Source: a virus (lineage: Duplodnaviria; Heunggongvirae; Uroviricota; Caudoviricetes; Straboviridae). From it: a DNA stretch of 64,000 bases. The stretch's first letter is position 1; every line of letters starts with the position of its first letter. Location of the stretch: positions 83,196 through 147,195 of the IMG/VR virus record IMGVR_UViG_638275431_000001; one strand, given 5' to 3'. Below the pieces are notes generated by a model. The model made no database searches. It was not told the DNA's origin and saw only the letters and a list, made by a program, of their open reading frames with translations. Position numbers and translations under genes: made by a program. Positions 61,001 through 64,000 of this stretch are shown in pieces.

Positions 61001-61988
61001 CCCAGCACCAAATACAGCTTCTTATATCCTTGGTCAACAAGGTGGTGTTGGTAGTTGGTATGTTGGTAAAGGCTCGCCAGCATCAAATGACGTAACACTC
61101 GAGAGTTATACACATTCGACGTATATATCTCTTTCATCAGATCGTATAAACGTAAATAAAAACATAGTAACTTCAGTAGCTCAAAGTGAATTAGCTAATT
61201 CATTAACAAGAAAAGATTATGTTGATGGTAAGTTGGACAAATCAGGTGGTGTTTTATCTGGGTCGGTAACAGTTGTTGGTGCAACCGCTTCCTCGGTAAC
61301 CCATAATGAAAACGGAATACACTATAAGAACAGTGGGCTGATGCGGTGGAATGCTTATCATGACATTAGTAACGATAGTTACTCTATTATAAAGTATAAT
61401 ACCAGTGGTGCTTACGTTGGTAGTGCAATGTCGATAGACTACTCTAGTTTAGCAACAACGTTTTCTGGTGCTCTGTATACCCCAACTCTTACGGTCGGCG
61501 GTGGTAATATAGATATAAACCACGGCGGAACAAACCAGATGCTACAATTCCATCACCCGGGTGTAGCTGCTGCGATGATATATCAATCTAGCAGTAACTT
61601 GTTATTCTGTCAAGGTAATGGGGCTTGGGATAATACAAACACATGGCTTGTGTTGAACAACAGCGGAGCGGCTTTTAACGGAATAGTAGCCGCTCCCGAT
61701 TTTAACGTTACATCAGATCGTAGATTGAAATCCAACTTCAAAGCTATAGATAATCCGCTATCTAAGGTTGAACAGTTGACCGGTCAAATATATGATAAAA
61801 AACTAAAGGATGGTGGAATAGTTAGTGAAGTGGGGCTTATTGCGCAGCATGTGCAAAAGGTTCAACCCATGTCCGTTAGAGAAGGTGACGATGGTATGCT
61901 GTCAATATCTCCTTCCGGCATCATTGCTCTTTTGGTTGAAGCAGTGAAGGAACTTTCTGAAAGGATAAAAGTTTTGGAAAGTAAATAA
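58071..61988 (+). CDS. Distal long tail fibre: gp36-type N-terminus fused to a gp37-like mosaic fibre with a C-terminal S74 chaperone
   Basis: MADLKVGTTIGGSPVWHQGN (T4 gp36 start); repeated SLTRKDYVD and KTGDTMTG motifs; C-terminal TSDRRLKSNF...GLIAQHVQKV...LLVEAVKEL. Confidence 0.9.
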   Translation: MADLKVGTTIGGSPVWHQGNLALVPSGNAILYKGARIYSENDKPSANELQVVSRAGDTMTGMLNVETSTDYQLVLKSSVSGSALYSFSKGNTLQSYVGTDAAGDFKVAMTDANGSWAFDGLKIAKSNGDVSLKGALVSTNTGNFDIKYGSIQFIRANSSKNVYIGAPGGTDLVLGYAQDGMTTTKIRMDSAVYNRAGGLLISDTGLIQRSAMDNRYYNQTESDARFIRLNTNTATNGYLLSKSSDIGTPHNLSMGYSGFFRHNSQGGFSGLTINVSHPLASNGANARGITFDYGSIGYGMYTYAYDSAGTKLANRKIYTEADKPTPAEIGALAAGANAVSASKLQTARTISLTGGATGSVSFDGSANASIAVTITNNSHTHSDYVKKTGDTMSGNLSTPKVLLTDAQGAEANSVTRRDFVESTVTAAGKGVKDLTITLPAGAPATGYIPVMFRTNGTSDSFVFIDTSFNVGEHPMNNCSFIGNVRASGWSDGRSYAYGKFTIYSTSERAIHSIHAPFEDSFAYVVYVETRAFPITVRVDIGTTVTAHATDVTYGTSVFKVNGQVSGNTKTIVLGNFDKDSGTYNGSNRVYDTGYNPTPEAVGALPVNGNAVTASRLQTARLIAGVPFDGTSNISISATNVGAVNKTGDAMTGNLSVAADYLLVKKSSTFSGIRLRSTDVEAVAELLNDAGAITGAYGGNTETGRLNITRNNPGTGAYAYTYISCEPNGTVSSADAIVTILNPRSGTSQGTSENSLTRKDYVDEELSKKLNTAGGTVTGFLTLTSATNAMTIEASAGNSSYILGRTAGVSNWYVGRGGSSDDVTLHSYIHNNFLALKSDHVQLAKTLRAPGAVFSAEVEVNIGSGQRAAIIGGVTSGMMLRDSAGALKWYAYYEPTLNQYRIARYATGTYTDAPLIITATGETLLQRPRTQSGQELAVNALTRKDYVDGEIAKQVSKTGDTMTGTLIITKDANAITLNPAPNTASYILGQQGGVGSWYVGKGSPASNDVTLESYTHSTYISLSSDRINVNKNIVTSVAQSELANSLTRKDYVDGKLDKSGGVLSGSVTVVGATASSVTHNENGIHYKNSGLMRWNAYHDISNDSYSIIKYNTSGAYVGSAMSIDYSSLATTFSGALYTPTLTVGGGNIDINHGGTNQMLQFHHPGVAAAMIYQSSSNLLFCQGNGAWDNTNTWLVLNNSGAAFNGIVAAPDFNVTSDRRLKSNFKAIDNPLSKVEQLTGQIYDKKLKDGGIVSEVGLIAQHVQKVQPMSVREGDDGMLSISPSGIIALLVEAVKELSERIKVLESK

Positions 61989-61994
61989 TAGCAT

Positions 61995-62017
61995 ATGGGG
62001 AGAAAATTTCTCCCCAT
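61995..62017 (+). terminator. Hairpin after the distal fibre gene
   Basis: atggggagaa-aat-ttctccccat followed by tatttt. Confidence 0.6.
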
Positions 62018-62034
62018 TATTTTAAGGATTAATC

Positions 62035-62514
62035 ATGCCCGTACCTAATATACCATTTTTACTTTCTCAAGCAGGTGCCGAGTTTGGCGGCACCTTCGCT
62101 TCCCAAATTATGTCTAATGCTGGTCTGGGTACTACTGGGTTAGTTTCAAGACTAGCAGGTATGGCCCGTCTTCAGAAGATTGCTTCTATACAATCCGTTG
62201 TCACTGGAAACAATACGGCACCATATGCGACGTTTAGCTATAATGCATCAACCAATCAGACAATCTACACTTATATAGATGGCACAACCGTTAAATCTTA
62301 CCCCATTTTCAATGGTAGGGCGTGGGTGCGTATACGAAATGGTGGAATCACATATGTCAACTGCACAGAGGCTCGGTGGTATCAAGTAGATGGGGTGCAA
62401 CGTGGCGTATTAAATCCAAACAAGGGAACAGTTCGATCTCAAACTTACGAGTTCGCTGCCACTGAAGGAGGAACAATAGTTTACTCTGCAACTGCTGCGT
62501 TGAACTTTATATAA
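62035..62514 (+). CDS. Putative tail fibre tip/adhesin protein (gp38 position), first of two
   Basis: Directly after the distal fibre. Short N-terminus (PFLLSQAGAEFGG...VSRLAG) resembles adhesin attachment domains, followed by a beta-rich aromatic body. Confidence 0.45.
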   Translation: MPVPNIPFLLSQAGAEFGGTFASQIMSNAGLGTTGLVSRLAGMARLQKIASIQSVVTGNNTAPYATFSYNASTNQTIYTYIDGTTVKSYPIFNGRAWVRIRNGGITYVNCTEARWYQVDGVQRGVLNPNKGTVRSQTYEFAATEGGTIVYSATAALNFI

Positions 62515-62528
62515 CATTAGGAGGCAAA

Positions 62529-63242
62529 ATGTCTCAACGACATGGGCGATTTTGGAGCATAGGGTATAACGCGATTGGTTATACCGGTGATATCAAAAAG
62601 CCAAATTGGTTTACTAACGTCCGGCGCTTTGCCGGACTATCAGCCGCAGGCAACGCGGCAGATCCCCAGCTGTCATCATTCTATTTTGGTCAAGGAGCAA
62701 GCCCTAACGGAAGATGGGCTTCTAGCTATTTCAATAAAAGCAGATCGCCTTCGCGGTGCTACATGTGGTCTGGCTCTAGATATCCATATAACCGCAATCA
62801 GAATTTCAGTTACTCTACAGAATTCACTCAAGTCCAGCGGGCAACTATAAAAATTGGATACATCGGCACCGGGGGGGCTTCCCATCGAGATGGAGAAAAT
62901 ACTAAAACCGCCGGGTATATTAATCTCCGATGGCGATGGGACAATCAGCCGTGGCAAGAAACACGAGTTTACACTACACCAACTCAGTATGTTTCCGATT
63001 GGTATGGCTCGCGTACTTTCAACTTTACGCACCCGACGGGTCGAGGCCGAATACAATTTGAAGTATTCGGAAACTATGGAGATTTTGATCAACATGACGT
63101 GGGTGATAGAGGTAAAGATTCGTCATGGTCGCCATATTTGAATATGGCTTTGCCAGGCGCTGGCCATCTTGCAGCGTATAACGGCGAGCTGTTTAAATCA
63201 TTTTCTGGCCACCAAACGCGAGAATATTCGGAAAATAATTAA
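62529..63242 (+). CDS. Putative tail fibre tip/adhesin protein (gp38 position), second of two
   Basis: RBS AGGAGG; Trp/Tyr/Gly-rich; N-terminus ends ...LSSFYFGQG. Confidence 0.4.
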   Translation: MSQRHGRFWSIGYNAIGYTGDIKKPNWFTNVRRFAGLSAAGNAADPQLSSFYFGQGASPNGRWASSYFNKSRSPSRCYMWSGSRYPYNRNQNFSYSTEFTQVQRATIKIGYIGTGGASHRDGENTKTAGYINLRWRWDNQPWQETRVYTTPTQYVSDWYGSRTFNFTHPTGRGRIQFEVFGNYGDFDQHDVGDRGKDSSWSPYLNMALPGAGHLAAYNGELFKSFSGHQTREYSENN

Positions 63243-63253
63243 GGAGAAAGCAT

Positions 63254-63748
63254 ATGACGTTAGAGGACATGCTCATCTACGATGAGGGAAGAGTTTTGAA
63301 AGTGTATTGGGACCATCTGGGGTACCCTACTATTGGGATAGGTCACCTGATTATACCCCAGAAGACAACCGATATGGCCTTAATAAACCATACATTGAGT
63401 AAACAGGTTGGCCGCCAGGTGAACGGGGTTATATCTGAGAGTGAATGTAGTGCACTGTTTAACTCTGATGTTCAAACAGTCAAAAGTGAAATCAAGAAAT
63501 ACCCTAATATCAAATTAGCATATGATGCTTGTGACCCTATTAGAAAAAATGCTATTTGTAACTTAATGTTCCAAATGGGAGGTCCTCGTCTATCTGGATT
63601 CAAAAAATCACTCGCATTCATAGCCAATAAGGACTGGTCTAAAGCATACTCTGAATTGCTTAATTCATCTTGGGCAAAGCAAACCCCCAACAGGGCAATG
63701 CGAGTTGCAAAAGTTGTACTAACTGGCACAATGGATTCTTATAAATGA
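63254..63748 (+). CDS. e: Endolysin, T4-lysozyme (GH24) family
   Basis: DEGRVLKVYWDHLGYPTIGIGHLI with the E-x8-D-x5-T triad; RKNAICNLMFQMG; WAKQTPNRAMRV. Confidence 0.93.
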   Translation: MTLEDMLIYDEGRVLKVYWDHLGYPTIGIGHLIIPQKTTDMALINHTLSKQVGRQVNGVISESECSALFNSDVQTVKSEIKKYPNIKLAYDACDPIRKNAICNLMFQMGGPRLSGFKKSLAFIANKDWSKAYSELLNSSWAKQTPNRAMRVAKVVLTGTMDSYK

Positions 63749-63750
63749 CA

Positions 63751-63784
63751 TTTCGGCGCCATTAGGCGTCGAAAGCATTAAATA
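63751..63784 (+). promoter_or_regulatory. Hairpin (63751-63774) plus late-promoter-like ATTAAATA (63777-63784) upstream of the holin
   Basis: tttcggcgcc-atta-ggcgtcgaaa, then attaaata. Confidence 0.45.
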
Positions 63785-63811
63785 GAGCTGTTATACAGGA
63801 GTAACAACTTT

Positions 63812-64000
63812 ATGAGTACAGAAAACCCAAACGCAGGGGAACTCAAACCCCTGGGCGTGCGGGGATTCTGATGGAAATTCTGGACCGATTGTTCAAAGAC
63901 GCTGTTACTGGGGAAGTTGTATTTTATCGGGCAATTTTGCTGATCCTTGTATTCATACTTGGTTTCAGTTGGTACAACAAGGACGAAATCTTCAATGTTT
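63812..64000 (+). CDS. t: Holin T (3'-partial)
   Basis: RBS AGGAG. Manual translation ...ILDRLFKDAVTGEVVFYRAILLILVFILGFSWYNKDEIF matches the T4 T N-terminus and TM helix. Confidence 0.9.

Noticed and set aside
58071-63242. Diversity-generating retroelement or invertible fibre cassette
   Set aside because: No reverse transcriptase, no adenine-variant template/variable repeat pair, and no invertase or inverted crossover sites in the window.

Overview
A 64-kb segment of a lytic T4-like myophage genome (Straboviridae / T-even superfamily). It is probably from the Aeromonas-infecting 44RR/25-like lineage; this is an inference from the 529-aa gp23, single-Ig Hoc, gp36-type N-terminus on a 1305-aa distal fibre and absence of uvsY at its usual locus. 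In order, the window holds: baseplate and short fibre (gp10-12), fibritin, neck/terminase/tail/head genes (gp13-24), a leftward early accessory island (19.6-22.9 kb), hoc/inh/uvsW, baseplate hub genes (gp25-29, 48, 54), two R-S-E ADP-ribosyltransferases, DNA ligase, nucleotide-metabolism and RNA-repair genes (cd, pseT, rnlA, denA, td, frd, an Rnl5-type ligase), spanins, alc, replication/late-transcription genes (32, 59, 33, dsbA, rnh), long tail fibre genes, two candidate adhesins, endolysin and the start of holin t. The most striking unexplained signals are: (1) an exact 49-bp intergenic core repeated three times (4958, 26780, 57917) in the same genomic orientation, each inside a covarying multi-stem fold and preceded by a late-promoter-like box, i.e. 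a candidate structured sRNA family or origin element; (2) a stand-alone degenerate family-B polymerase palm/fingers protein, clustered with a SpoT-type alarmone hydrolase, an Arr-like ADP-ribosyltransferase and an Srd homologue. Many single and compensated frameshifts at homopolymer runs suggest sequencing errors, so single-base observations need resequencing. All protein assignments come from motif recognition and synteny, not database searches.
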